A DNA stretch of 64,000 bases from a virus, in the IMG/VR virus record IMGVR_UViG_3300032257_000009, positions 7,728-71,727 of that record. The stretch is one strand, 5' to 3'. The position numbers and the translations under genes are program-made. The notes beneath the pieces are model-generated. The model searched no databases. It was not told where the DNA came from and worked only from the letters and a program-made list of their open reading frames with translations. Each line of letters begins with the position of its first letter. The stretch's first letter is position 1. Positions 41,037-51,409 of the stretch are shown here, piece by piece.

Positions 41037-42893
41037 TTGATGAAATCCACCAATATAAAATCGGTAATGAGAAATCTTGCTAAGAAGGCAGACATGCCTA
41101 TGTTTGAAGACATGGGTGGTGATGGTGGAGCTTCAGGCACTCAGCCTAGAGTTCAATGGAAGAAATTCAATGCAGGACAGCAGTCTAACTTGCCACAGGG
41201 CGGTTCTATTCCTCCCGAAATAACTTCTAGACTTGGAAACAAGATGAAAGAATTCAAAGTAGAGTTCGAGGAGTTTGCGAAGAACGATAATACAGGAACT
41301 ATTCTGACAAAATATAGGGGAATGATTTTTCCTTATTACGCAACAGACTTCATAGGTAATGATAATCCTGGCATGACAGAAGCTATGCCATCTTATCTAA
41401 AAGAGACATTGAACTTTGTTAGAGAAAACAATGTCGTTCTTCCATCTATATCTCAAAGTGGTGGAAAAGGCATTGGTAGTCCATATTGGATTAGCCATTA
41501 TGGTTATGCCTATCAAGATCAAGCTGAGCAAATTGGTAAAAAAGTAGAAAAAGGCGACAGAACTAGAGCTAGAGAAATAAGAAAAGTTCCAGCTCAATTA
41601 GCTGATAGAAATCAGTGGCCTTGGGGACCGTACTCTATTCAAGAAACCGAAAATGGAGCAGGCATTTTTATTGATACTTCAAATAGCGCCAATTCTATTG
41701 GTGTTGTTCCTGTTTTAGATCCTAACGGAAACCCTAAGCCTAGATGGAGACTGTTTGAAGGCGACCTTGACCCTAAGAGTTCCGCATCAAATGTTATTAT
41801 ATATGATGGGCCTAATGGAACAAATATAAAACCGGCAAAAAGAGTAAACATCGGTAGAATGTTTGAGATGGATGGTAGATCTGCGGCTTTAGATGCATCG
41901 GGTAGTCCAATCACAAAACCAGGCATGAATGAAACTCAGATTAGAAAAGCTAGAGAAGCATACGAACTCTACGAGATGAGACAGAATGCGATAGAAGATG
42001 GAAATCTCTACCAAATGAAACTAACAGAGCAAGGTACAGTTCTTCTCAAGAACGTTCATAGCGAAGATGATTGGTATCCAATGTCTTCTGCTCAACTTAG
42101 TTCTATATTGAAAGACGGATGGAATAGCGATTTACCTGAAGTAGCCGTCGTTCCTGAAAGAAGCAGTTCTAATCAGGAAACAGGGCAGGATGCTTTTGGT
42201 AAGTTTACTATGCCAGAAGAATTGTCAGCTAAGCTAAGCGAAGAAGATGGCATGGCATATTACAAGTTGGGACAAGAAGGCCCTCAAGAAAGTAATGACA
42301 GAAATCCTTACAGTTTTGAATCATTGAGAGAATTATCATCCTTATTGAGCGGTGGAAAAGTTTCAATCAATTCATTTAGACTTGCAGTTATTGGTCCAAT
42401 GTTTAGTCAAGCTAGAAATTTGGGAGAGGGACAAGCTGTCTTATCTAACCCAATGATGATGTCTCCTCAAACCTCAGTTGATCCAATGAGTAATACATTG
42501 GCAGTAGACAGGGGTGTAAAATGGGGCCTTCATATAACAAACCATGCACCAGGTAGAATGAAAGGTGTTGGAGACAGAGGCTCTAACGCATGGAAGAGCT
42601 TTACTACAGATTCTATTGAAGAAGCTTTTGACCTACTTCAATCAGAAGCTTTGAAGTTTGACCAGAACGCTGACGTTTCTGCAATAGGAGCTGATGCCGC
42701 AAGTATAGCCCAAAAAGCTTTGGGTAAAACTGTAGAAATGCCAGGTGGACAGCAACAACAGCCTCAATTGCCGATAGATAATCAGGTAGAAGCTCCGAAT
42801 ATGTTGCCTCCAACAGTTCAGCCAATGGGCGTAGATAATATAAATAATACAGCATCTGTAAAGAAGATGATGAGACGGTTTTCGAAAAAATAA
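41037..42893 (+). CDS. Hypothetical head-associated protein
   Basis: 618-aa ORF between portal and protease. Confidence 0.65.
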   Translation: MMKSTNIKSVMRNLAKKADMPMFEDMGGDGGASGTQPRVQWKKFNAGQQSNLPQGGSIPPEITSRLGNKMKEFKVEFEEFAKNDNTGTILTKYRGMIFPYYATDFIGNDNPGMTEAMPSYLKETLNFVRENNVVLPSISQSGGKGIGSPYWISHYGYAYQDQAEQIGKKVEKGDRTRAREIRKVPAQLADRNQWPWGPYSIQETENGAGIFIDTSNSANSIGVVPVLDPNGNPKPRWRLFEGDLDPKSSASNVIIYDGPNGTNIKPAKRVNIGRMFEMDGRSAALDASGSPITKPGMNETQIRKAREAYELYEMRQNAIEDGNLYQMKLTEQGTVLLKNVHSEDDWYPMSSAQLSSILKDGWNSDLPEVAVVPERSSSNQETGQDAFGKFTMPEELSAKLSEEDGMAYYKLGQEGPQESNDRNPYSFESLRELSSLLSGGKVSINSFRLAVIGPMFSQARNLGEGQAVLSNPMMMSPQTSVDPMSNTLAVDRGVKWGLHITNHAPGRMKGVGDRGSNAWKSFTTDSIEEAFDLLQSEALKFDQNADVSAIGADAASIAQKALGKTVEMPGGQQQQPQLPIDNQVEAPNMLPPTVQPMGVDNINNTASVKKMMRRFSKK

Positions 42894-42954
42894 GAAGGAA
42901 AAAGATTACTTTATTGGTAGCAAATATACGGTAATTATTAAAAAAGGATAGAAT

Positions 42955-45900
42955 ATGAGCTTTGTAAAAAGATCTTCAACAAATATGGCTATACAACCCC
43001 TTAACATTCCAGCAGGAAATGTTTGGGATCTTATAAATACAGAAACACTTGAAAAAACTGCTTCTTTAGTAAAAGACAAGCAGATAGACCTAAACGGTTT
43101 TGATATTTCTGCTGCTGTTGATAGTAATCCAGATCATCTTTTTGTAAAAGTTTTTGCAATAAAAGAAGATGAAGTAAATGATAATGGAGATGCATTCTCT
43201 AAGTCAGAACTAAAAAGAGCAGCTCATACTTTTGTAGACTGTCCTGTTTTTGTAAATCATCAAAATGATGATGTTGAAAAAGCAAGAGGCAAAGTAGTTC
43301 ATGCTTGGTACGATGAAGAAGCAAAGGGTATCTATTGCGTCAACATGGTAGACAAGACAGCATATCCTCAATTAGCAAGAGGTATTGAAGAAGGTTACAT
43401 CGTTGGAACTTCTATGGGAGCCCAGGTTGGATACTCTCTCTGTTCTATATGTCATAATAAAGCCCATACAGCAGATGAATTCTGTACTCATATCAAAAAC
43501 CAGAAGACTAGACAGTTTGCTCTAGCAAGTCATGATTGTAAATATCATGCAAGCTCTAACAAGCCAGAAGGCGATTGTCCTGTTTGCGGTTGCGAACAAG
43601 GCAAGAAGGTTGCTAATAAAACAGCAGACACTAAAGTCTTTGAATGGAACTATGATATCAACTTTATAGAAGATAGCTTTGTTGTCAATCCTGCATGTCA
43701 TGATTGCCTCGTATGCGATATCCTAAATTTACCAGCAGTTGAGAGTAAATTTGCTGAAAAGGTTGAAGAGCTAAGAAAAGTTGCTAATTCATACGAAGCG
43801 AAGATTGTTTCAGGAAGTATTACAAAAGAATCAGGACGAACAGAAGTAGATGCCCTCAATGAGGCAATGAATCTTCTAGAAAAGGTAACTCGCTCTATCA
43901 TGGCTCAAAAGCAGCAGGTTGATATGGAATATGCAAGCGACCTTATAGATGTCCTCGCTAAGGTTCAGGGAACAACAGATGAGCTTATCGAAATGGGATA
44001 TACACAGCTTCCTTCTCCTAGCGATTCTGAAGTTATGTTTGGAAATAACAGTCAAGCTTCTCCTCCTGATGGCGGTGGGGCTGAACAAATATCTGACCCA
44101 AGCCAAATGCAACAGCAAGCGCCACAGATGCAGCCTCAGGCTCCTGGCGTTCAAACAGGAAATCTTGGAAACGAAGTGGGAACTATAACAAGACCTACTT
44201 TTTCCTCCTCAAATTCAGTAATTAAGGAGGATATTTCTGAGCAATCCAATAGTTTAAGAGATAATCTAAATAAAATCTCTAATGACTTAGCAATCGCTCA
44301 GTCATTTTTAGAACAACGAAAGTTAACATTGTCAATGGTTGGCGAAGTTTACGAAGCAAGAGATAATAATGATAGGGTTACAATTTCTGAAAATTCAGAT
44401 GGTAACACCTATGTCGGTAAATGGAATGATAATAACCTAGTTGGTTGGTCTTCCAGGAATGAATTCAGCCCGGAATTGAGTCAGTTAATGACAAAAGATC
44501 CACAAGCGGCTGCGGAAACCATACTTAGTGGATATCAAAAGGAGTCAGGTTCAATGTCTAACCCAAACAAGACAGCAGCAGGTCAGGGAGTAAATCCAGA
44601 GCAAGTTGAGATAATAACTCAGAAGCAGCTCGAAAATTCTAATCTCCCTTTACACGGTCGCCAAGATAGCGTCTATAACACAATTACTGAAGGCGATGAG
44701 CAAATCGGTGGGTCTGAAAGATCAAACGATACGACAACTGATTCTAATCAGGTTCGTTCAGGTACTTATGAATTCATTACTCAATCTCAGCTTGAAGAGA
44801 TTTCCGAGGGACATATAGCTCGTTGGAGTTCTTTCCCTGAAATCATCACTGAAAAGCAATGGGATGAAATCAGTAGAGAAGTAAGCGGAAATATTGATGA
44901 ATCATATGTTGATTCAATCACTCAGTCACAACTTATTAGTATCAGAGACAAGCATCGTTGGGAAGAGCCAAATGCTGTTACTCAGGATCAGCTTGAAAAT
45001 CAAAAGGGAACAATGCCACACGCTGGCGATTCTACTCGTTTAAAGGCAGCTAACTCATTCGATCCAAAAAGCCTTGTTCGTTCAGCTACAAATGCTGTAG
45101 CGGACGCAATCGCTAATTACGGATTGTCTCCTACAGACCTAAGAAAAGCTGTAACTGCATTTACAAGCAACCCACAATCTCAAATCAAGGCATCGTATTT
45201 GACTCTTGTCAACGCAATGCCATCAAAGATTGAATCAAGAGCCGATGCTCGTGCGAGAAGCAATTACTTCTCACGAATAGCTGGCTCTTCTTCAAATTCT
45301 AAACCAGTTGATTCCCTATTGGGAGCAATGGGAGACAACCTTGGCTACGCTAAGGCTGAAGACTTCCTTGATGCGGTCAATTTTGTTGTAACTCAGAAAG
45401 ACGTTTTTGCTTCAGCAGAACGTTCAGCTAAGCAAAAGATGGCATCAAACACAGCAGAAGATGTTGTTGTTGATAAGAATTCACAATTTACTAATGCATT
45501 TGCTGAAATAAACAATGAAGGCCTATTCAAAGTCTGCGGAACTCTTTCTGTGGACCTTGGCGGCGTTGACGCAACAGACCCTCAAGCATTCTTCTCTGCT
45601 GCTCTACCTTATGTAGAAAGCACAGCAGGCGAGTCAAACCTTGTTATTGCTAATATTTCAGTTGACGAAGATTCTGGAACTTTCGAGATAATCGCAAAGA
45701 CAGAAGAAATCGCAACAGAAAAAGAAATTGAAGCATTCGCTTCTCTCCGTTCAGGAAACTTCAAGTCTGCTAGCTGGAATGTAAAGGCTGAAAAGATTGA
45801 TGAAGAAATGGGTTATGGAGATGAAGAAGATAATCAAGCAAATGACAATGAAGCTGAACGTGCAGCAGTAGCTGAAGAAGCTAAACAGCAAAGAGCAGCT

Positions 45901-48855
45901 TCTAGACAAGAAACAATGGAAAGAACAGCACAGATGCAGGGAGGTCAAATGCCAGCAGGTCTTGGCGAGGGCGGAGGCGGTGGATCATCCATGCCTACTC
46001 CTCCAGACGCAGCAGGCGAAATGGCTCCTGTAGAAAATCTTGGTGGAGCTGAAGACCCTCTAGCTGCCGAAAGCGATTTGGCAGACGGAGACTTAGATCC
46101 AGCCCCTCCAGGTACTAAATGTCCTGTTTGTGGTTCAGAAGATGTTGATGTCCTCGATGGAAGAGGTAAGTGTAACAACTGTGGTTCGGAAATGACTTAT
46201 AAAGTTGATATCGAAGTCACAAAATGGGTTGGAACGCTTGGCGAAGGCGAAGGCGATGACGAAGGAATGGAAGAAGGTTTCGAAGGCGAAGGCTTCTCAA
46301 TGGAAGACGAAGGTTTCGACCAAGACATGCCAGTTGCTGCTTATACAAGAATAACAGACAAGGCATTGAAGAAGATAGCAGAACAAGGGATAACTCTTGG
46401 ATCAATTAGTCCATACACAGGTTCATCATCCACTGTTGAACTAAGTAATGGCGAACGATTCTGCTTGAATACTGGCCGTAAATACTCATTGGCTCAATCC
46501 ATGAAGAATGACAATTGGTTCGTTCAATGGACATGGACTCCGCCAGTCGTAGATCCTTGCCCTTCATGCAAGAGACTCAAGAAAACTTTTGCATCTGCAC
46601 TAGATCAATTTGGAATCAACGATGTTGAATTCGAAAAACTATCTCTAGAAGATAGAGGCAAGGTAATTCTTTCCATGAGCAATAAGGGTTTATTGAATAG
46701 AGTCAAGACAGCTTCTAACGAAGTTACTGTACTCAAAGAATTCAAGAAGGCTCACTCATTCGGCCCAGGGGATACTTTCCCAACCGAAAACTGTAGAGAA
46801 CTTCTTGCTCGTAGATTTGGCGAAAATGCATTGGCACTAAGCGGTCCTGATGAAGGCGAGAACCTTGTGGACTCTGTTTGCAAGAGACTTGCTTCAGCTA
46901 ATATTTACAGCGATAAGATTGCACTTAAGATTGCAAGCATATGGTCACAAGACGATGCCTGTATTGAATGTCTAGAAGACTTTATCCGTAGTGGGTTCTC
47001 AGCTAAGCAAGCTTCATTAGTTTGCGACCAGTTGAAAACTAAGTATGCTATGCATGAAGAACTATTGGCAGAAGAATTGGAATCTCCATTCGGAGGCGAA
47101 GAAGAAGGTCTTGGAGTAATCGAAGATGTTATGGAATCGCCAATGGAAGAGTCATTTGATGACATGGACCCATTCGCTGAAGATTCTTCAGAAGAAGGAT
47201 TCATCTCTGTTGATATCCCACTAAGCGTTCTAGAAAACTTTGACGAAGCGATTGATAAAGCTTTAGGAGAAGACCCTTCTGATGAAATGCACCACGATGA
47301 ATCTATTCTTCCTGAAGGCGATGCTGAAATAGCTTTGCCTATGGATGCTGTAGACGCAATTGATGGGGCCGCTGATGAAGCTCTAGATATGGCTGTTGAT
47401 GTTGCTGATGCAATGGAAACTGCTATTGGTGGAGAGTCAGAAGAATCTCCTATCGAAGATGAGGGAAGCGAAGGCGGCGGAGAAGCTGTTGACGGAGAAC
47501 TTGGCTTTGGCGGAGAAGATGAGGATGAGGATGACGATGGCGACGATGATGACGACCATCCTGGTGGAGGATATCCAAAAGGAAAAGAAGACGATGACGG
47601 CTCTCAAGTAGTTGAGGGTGGCCATTCAAATCATAGCTTTGCTAATAATTCCGAAAACATTAAGAAGGAATCTTCAGCTACTATATCGAAGGATAATAGC
47701 ATCCCAACACAGGAGCAGGTAATGCGCGATTCAGATGCCTTCAAGCCAGGCAAAATAACTAAGTCTCACAAAGTAAGTCTTGACCTAAGCCGTGTTGCGG
47801 AACTATTGGGAAAAGAAGCTTCTGACTCAGCTATAAAGCAAAAGAATGTTCAAGATGATTCTGATATACAGCCTGTATCTGATGGATCAACTATGGGTCA
47901 CGAAGACAAATTAGCATTAGAAGATCCAGATGCCCCTTCAGTGGGAGCTGGCGCAACTATGGGTAATGAGTCAGATGACTTAGCTAAGACAGATGTTCCT
48001 ACCGTACCTGCGGGCGGCGGAGAAATGGGACATGAAGCAGACCAAGGCTATACAGCCGAAAAGGGTCATGAATTCACAGGCGGTCTTGATGGAGCTGGAA
48101 ACAGCAAAGCAGCAAACCGTTCAGGAACTTTGAAGACAAGCGATTATACATCTGATTTAGCAGAACGCTTAGTATCTGTTGCAACTAAAGTTGAAGAAGC
48201 TAAGCCGGTAAGCGATGACGAAGATGTCAAGCCTATCTCAAATAACAAAGACCATTCTAACACTCCAGAGGGAAGTAAGATTACTCCTTTTGAAGAGTCA
48301 GACAATGCAGAAGTAAATAGCGTACCAGAAGGCGACTCAAAAGCATTCATGGGACACGAACAAGAAAGTATCGGAGATGTACCGAAGGCTCCTAAGCACC
48401 AACCAGATATTCCAACTGGCGGCGGAAGCAATTCGGATTACGATAAGAACGAAAAGAATAATCCTGAGAAGCAGGAAAAAATTAAAGGCACGGTCATTGC
48501 TGGTAGCAATGAAGAGTCATTGACAGCTCAAAGAAATAAAGCAATTACGGTTGCGGCCAGAATGCTACAAGCAGATATTATAACGGCAGATCAAATGCCT
48601 TCTAAAATCAGCGAACTAGCTCAATATAACACTGATCAAATCAGCGATATTGAAAAGGCTATGTTTGGGGTTGTTCAAAAGGGACTCGACACCGTGGCGC
48701 AAGGCACAGAGAAGCCTTTAATCATCGCAGAGAGTAGCAACAAAAGAGACAAAAATGCAGAACTGTCAGATCGAATTCAAGGTTTGTTTAGTTTGCATCA
48801 GGACAACGAGTTAGCTGCTGACGATGATATCGCCAGTATAAGGCGGCGACGGTAA
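42955..48855 (+). CDS. Giant prohead protease/scaffold polyprotein
   Basis: N-terminal NDNGDAF..EL, VFVNH, GTSMG, CSIC, EDSFV..PA (assemblin/HK97-like protease); long acidic remainder; directly upstream of capsid genes. Confidence 0.78.
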   Translation: MSFVKRSSTNMAIQPLNIPAGNVWDLINTETLEKTASLVKDKQIDLNGFDISAAVDSNPDHLFVKVFAIKEDEVNDNGDAFSKSELKRAAHTFVDCPVFVNHQNDDVEKARGKVVHAWYDEEAKGIYCVNMVDKTAYPQLARGIEEGYIVGTSMGAQVGYSLCSICHNKAHTADEFCTHIKNQKTRQFALASHDCKYHASSNKPEGDCPVCGCEQGKKVANKTADTKVFEWNYDINFIEDSFVVNPACHDCLVCDILNLPAVESKFAEKVEELRKVANSYEAKIVSGSITKESGRTEVDALNEAMNLLEKVTRSIMAQKQQVDMEYASDLIDVLAKVQGTTDELIEMGYTQLPSPSDSEVMFGNNSQASPPDGGGAEQISDPSQMQQQAPQMQPQAPGVQTGNLGNEVGTITRPTFSSSNSVIKEDISEQSNSLRDNLNKISNDLAIAQSFLEQRKLTLSMVGEVYEARDNNDRVTISENSDGNTYVGKWNDNNLVGWSSRNEFSPELSQLMTKDPQAAAETILSGYQKESGSMSNPNKTAAGQGVNPEQVEIITQKQLENSNLPLHGRQDSVYNTITEGDEQIGGSERSNDTTTDSNQVRSGTYEFITQSQLEEISEGHIARWSSFPEIITEKQWDEISREVSGNIDESYVDSITQSQLISIRDKHRWEEPNAVTQDQLENQKGTMPHAGDSTRLKAANSFDPKSLVRSATNAVADAIANYGLSPTDLRKAVTAFTSNPQSQIKASYLTLVNAMPSKIESRADARARSNYFSRIAGSSSNSKPVDSLLGAMGDNLGYAKAEDFLDAVNFVVTQKDVFASAERSAKQKMASNTAEDVVVDKNSQFTNAFAEINNEGLFKVCGTLSVDLGGVDATDPQAFFSAALPYVESTAGESNLVIANISVDEDSGTFEIIAKTEEIATEKEIEAFASLRSGNFKSASWNVKAEKIDEEMGYGDEEDNQANDNEAERAAVAEEAKQQRAASRQETMERTAQMQGGQMPAGLGEGGGGGSSMPTPPDAAGEMAPVENLGGAEDPLAAESDLADGDLDPAPPGTKCPVCGSEDVDVLDGRGKCNNCGSEMTYKVDIEVTKWVGTLGEGEGDDEGMEEGFEGEGFSMEDEGFDQDMPVAAYTRITDKALKKIAEQGITLGSISPYTGSSSTVELSNGERFCLNTGRKYSLAQSMKNDNWFVQWTWTPPVVDPCPSCKRLKKTFASALDQFGINDVEFEKLSLEDRGKVILSMSNKGLLNRVKTASNEVTVLKEFKKAHSFGPGDTFPTENCRELLARRFGENALALSGPDEGENLVDSVCKRLASANIYSDKIALKIASIWSQDDACIECLEDFIRSGFSAKQASLVCDQLKTKYAMHEELLAEELESPFGGEEEGLGVIEDVMESPMEESFDDMDPFAEDSSEEGFISVDIPLSVLENFDEAIDKALGEDPSDEMHHDESILPEGDAEIALPMDAVDAIDGAADEALDMAVDVADAMETAIGGESEESPIEDEGSEGGGEAVDGELGFGGEDEDEDDDGDDDDDHPGGGYPKGKEDDDGSQVVEGGHSNHSFANNSENIKKESSATISKDNSIPTQEQVMRDSDAFKPGKITKSHKVSLDLSRVAELLGKEASDSAIKQKNVQDDSDIQPVSDGSTMGHEDKLALEDPDAPSVGAGATMGNESDDLAKTDVPTVPAGGGEMGHEADQGYTAEKGHEFTGGLDGAGNSKAANRSGTLKTSDYTSDLAERLVSVATKVEEAKPVSDDEDVKPISNNKDHSNTPEGSKITPFEESDNAEVNSVPEGDSKAFMGHEQESIGDVPKAPKHQPDIPTGGGSNSDYDKNEKNNPEKQEKIKGTVIAGSNEESLTAQRNKAITVAARMLQADIITADQMPSKISELAQYNTDQISDIEKAMFGVVQKGLDTVAQGTEKPLIIAESSNKRDKNAELSDRIQGLFSLHQDNELAADDDIASIRRRR

Positions 48856-48895
48856 AGAGAACTGTATTTAGAACACACCATTAAGGAGAATCAAA

Positions 48896-49447
48896 ATGGC
48901 TCTTATAGAAATCTATCATGTTATTGCAAGTAATTACAATGTTGACCCAGCACACGATGCGGCAGCAAATCCAATCCTCGAAGGACAGTTTGTCGGACTA
49001 AACTCCGGCGGATTCGTCACTCAAACAACAACTGGTAATGTTATTACTCAGTTGCCTCACGGTCTCGCAGGCGACACAATCGCCTCAGACAGTGGAGCTA
49101 CCCCATACGCTGCGGATATCGTAATCGGCAGCGGCGGAGCAACTCGCTCAACTTCTAACCGTGTCTCTGACTTCTTCAATGAAACTCAGGGCTCAGGTAA
49201 GATGACTGTCTATCACGGCGGCGGCGAGTTCTTCACTGACCAATACGCTACAGGCCAAACCTGGACTCCAGGCGGCGACTGCTACGTTGACACATCAGGT
49301 CTTCTAACAATGACAGACGCTGGCTCAGGCCGTGTTGTTGGTCGTGTTGTTGAAGGTCCTTCCGAATACCCATCTGGGGTTCCTGGCACAGATGTTGAGG
49401 GTTCAATTACCCTTGGCGAGTTCGTCAGGTTTGTCTTGACCCTCTGA
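48896..49447 (+). CDS. Capsid decoration/cement protein
   Basis: Gly/Thr-rich, biased codon use, just before the MCP, strong SD. Confidence 0.65.
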   Translation: MALIEIYHVIASNYNVDPAHDAAANPILEGQFVGLNSGGFVTQTTTGNVITQLPHGLAGDTIASDSGATPYAADIVIGSGGATRSTSNRVSDFFNETQGSGKMTVYHGGGEFFTDQYATGQTWTPGGDCYVDTSGLLTMTDAGSGRVVGRVVEGPSEYPSGVPGTDVEGSITLGEFVRFVLTL

Positions 49448-49559
49448 TCTAACTTGTTGTTAGTCGGTAGAGTCTGAGGCGTGGAGAATGTTTATTCTCT
49501 AAAGCCTGAATGAAAAGTCCAATATCTGGCCTCATAAATGGGGCTACTAGGAGAAAAAA

Positions 49560-50435
49560 ATGTCACATGTAAAAAATAATCTTTCAGATGAGCAGAAAGA
49601 AATGATCATTGCTCAAGCTCTAGAAACAGAAGAGGGTCGTACCGCTCTTGCTCAAGCTATGGTAGAGCCAATTCGTCGTTCACTAGAGTATCAGGCCGTT
49701 GGTCGTAAGTTGCTCATGGTTGACGAACTTCCACAGGGCGCATTAGCTCGATACGAGAGAGACTTAGCTTCCGTAGCTCACGTCGTCGCTCGTCGTGGTG
49801 CAGTTCCTGACCAAATCCAGGAAGGCGAAGAAATTCTCGTTCCTACTTGGGAAATAGCTGCTAACCCAACAATCCGTCTTTCCGAGATCAAGGCTCGTAG
49901 GTTCTACATCGTAGACAGAGCGCAGATCAAGGCTAAGGAAGCAATCCAAAAAGAAGAAGATACTCAAATCTTCAATGCTTTGATTGCTGCTGCTGACGCT
50001 TCGGCTCAGGCACAAATTGTTATGGACATGGGTTCACTATCAACAACTTCGCTCAACTCGGCTTTCCGTTACATTGAGCGTCATGACTTGGTAGCGACTA
50101 AAATCGTTGTCCATGCTAACCGATACGCAGATATCCGTACCTTCGGTAAGGATTTCTATGACGAAGCTACTGTTCGTGAGATTCTAACAACTGGCCTTTA
50201 CGGTCACTTGTGGACAGCGGACATCCACGTTTCCTCACGTATGCCTACTAACACTGTTCTTGTTGTTGCTTCGCCTGACACTGTTGGCGCGTTCCCAATT
50301 AGACAGGACATCACTGTTCTTCCTGCTGACGATCCGAAGAAACTACGTCTCGGATGGGTCATCTACGAAGAAGTTGGAATTGCTGTTATCAATGATTACG
50401 CAATCTCCAAGATCACAGTTGACGAGGCTAGCTAA
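49560..50435 (+). CDS. Major capsid protein (HK97 fold)
   Basis: EGR.ALAQAM.EPIR..L.YQ.VGRK, IQKEED..IF, GW...EEVG; strongly biased codons; terminator downstream. Confidence 0.88.
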   Translation: MSHVKNNLSDEQKEMIIAQALETEEGRTALAQAMVEPIRRSLEYQAVGRKLLMVDELPQGALARYERDLASVAHVVARRGAVPDQIQEGEEILVPTWEIAANPTIRLSEIKARRFYIVDRAQIKAKEAIQKEEDTQIFNALIAAADASAQAQIVMDMGSLSTTSLNSAFRYIERHDLVATKIVVHANRYADIRTFGKDFYDEATVREILTTGLYGHLWTADIHVSSRMPTNTVLVVASPDTVGAFPIRQDITVLPADDPKKLRLGWVIYEEVGIAVINDYAISKITVDEAS

Positions 50436-50475
50436 TTTGTAAAATAGAGCTTTAGAGGCTAATAACATCTAATTC

Positions 50476-50503
50476 AAAGGGGAGAGTTCGCTCTCCCCTT
50501 TTT
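50476..50503 (+). terminator. Rho-independent terminator after the MCP
   Basis: GGGGAGAG-TTCG-CTCTCCCC-TTTTT. Confidence 0.9.
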
Positions 50504-50570
50504 ATTTAATGAGTGATACAGTGGCTGAAATGCTTACAAATGACGAAATAATATTTCAAGGAGAAATAAT

Positions 50571-50948
50571 ATGAACGTAGAGCTAACTTACAGAGAATTG
50601 GCAGAAATGTCAACTGCATTAAATAATTTCGTATCAAATGCTAAGATACCAGCGAAATACGCATTTCGTTTCAGCAAGGTAGCTAAGCATATTCAAAGTG
50701 AACTCAGTAACCTCAATGATCAAAAAGAAAAGCTCATTGTAAAATACGGAAAAGAAGTTGATACAGAGCAGGGCAAATCAATTCAGGTTACACCGGAAAA
50801 CTCAGAGAGTTTTATGGAAGAATGGAATGGCATACTTGACGAAAAAACAAGTTTAGATTTTGTTGAAATACCTTTGTCAGGAATAGGCGAGACAGTGCTA
50901 ACTGTAGCCGAGATGACTGTTCTAGATATGTTTTTTGTAGACGATTAA
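50571..50948 (+). CDS. Hypothetical phage protein (DUF1617-like)
   Basis: SD AAGGAG; K.AF..K....EL......EKLI.KY pattern. Confidence 0.6.
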   Translation: MNVELTYRELAEMSTALNNFVSNAKIPAKYAFRFSKVAKHIQSELSNLNDQKEKLIVKYGKEVDTEQGKSIQVTPENSESFMEEWNGILDEKTSLDFVEIPLSGIGETVLTVAEMTVLDMFFVDD

Positions 50949-50984
50949 TTAGAGGTATTAACACTCGTATTCTAGTAATATAAG

Positions 50985-51390
50985 AGTAAGATTGTTTTCC
51001 AGGAGACAATAATGAATATTACAAAAAACGGTTCTATAATCAATAAAATTTCAGTTCTTTTATCTGTAAATAATGATTCCTACTATATAGACCAAAAGCA
51101 TATTATCTAATACAAAAGCCACGTTTCCATTCAAAGGAGTTCTTTGTTTGGAATGTTCAATAGGCGCTGTATTTAGAAGATTGAGCTTCGTCTATCATTT
51201 TATATAAAATCTTCCTAGGGGGTTAGCAATGATTAAGCGTATGATTTTGGAAAGAAATATTTCACAAGTCAAACTTGGAGAAAAAGACAGCGTGGGATAC
51301 CGCTCGATTCTCTGATATGATCAAACCCGCCTGGGAACAGGCAGTCGCTCTAGAGTGACAAATAGGTCCGCTAAGCGGGCCTATTTCTTT
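50985..51390 (+). ncRNA. Putative structured ncRNA (about 400 nt), possibly with small ORFs
   Basis: Promoter-like motif at 50952-50982, series of hairpins, terminal terminator. Boundaries approximate. Confidence 0.5.
51360..51390 (+). terminator. Rho-independent terminator
   Basis: AAATAGGTCCGC-TAA-GCGGGCCTATTT-CTTT. Confidence 0.7.
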
Positions 51391-51409
51391 ATATAGCCGA
51401 TACTATAAT

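Noticed and set aside
49560-50435. Cellular encapsulin nanocompartment
   Set aside because: The context of terminase, portal, protease and decoration genes indicates a phage capsid.
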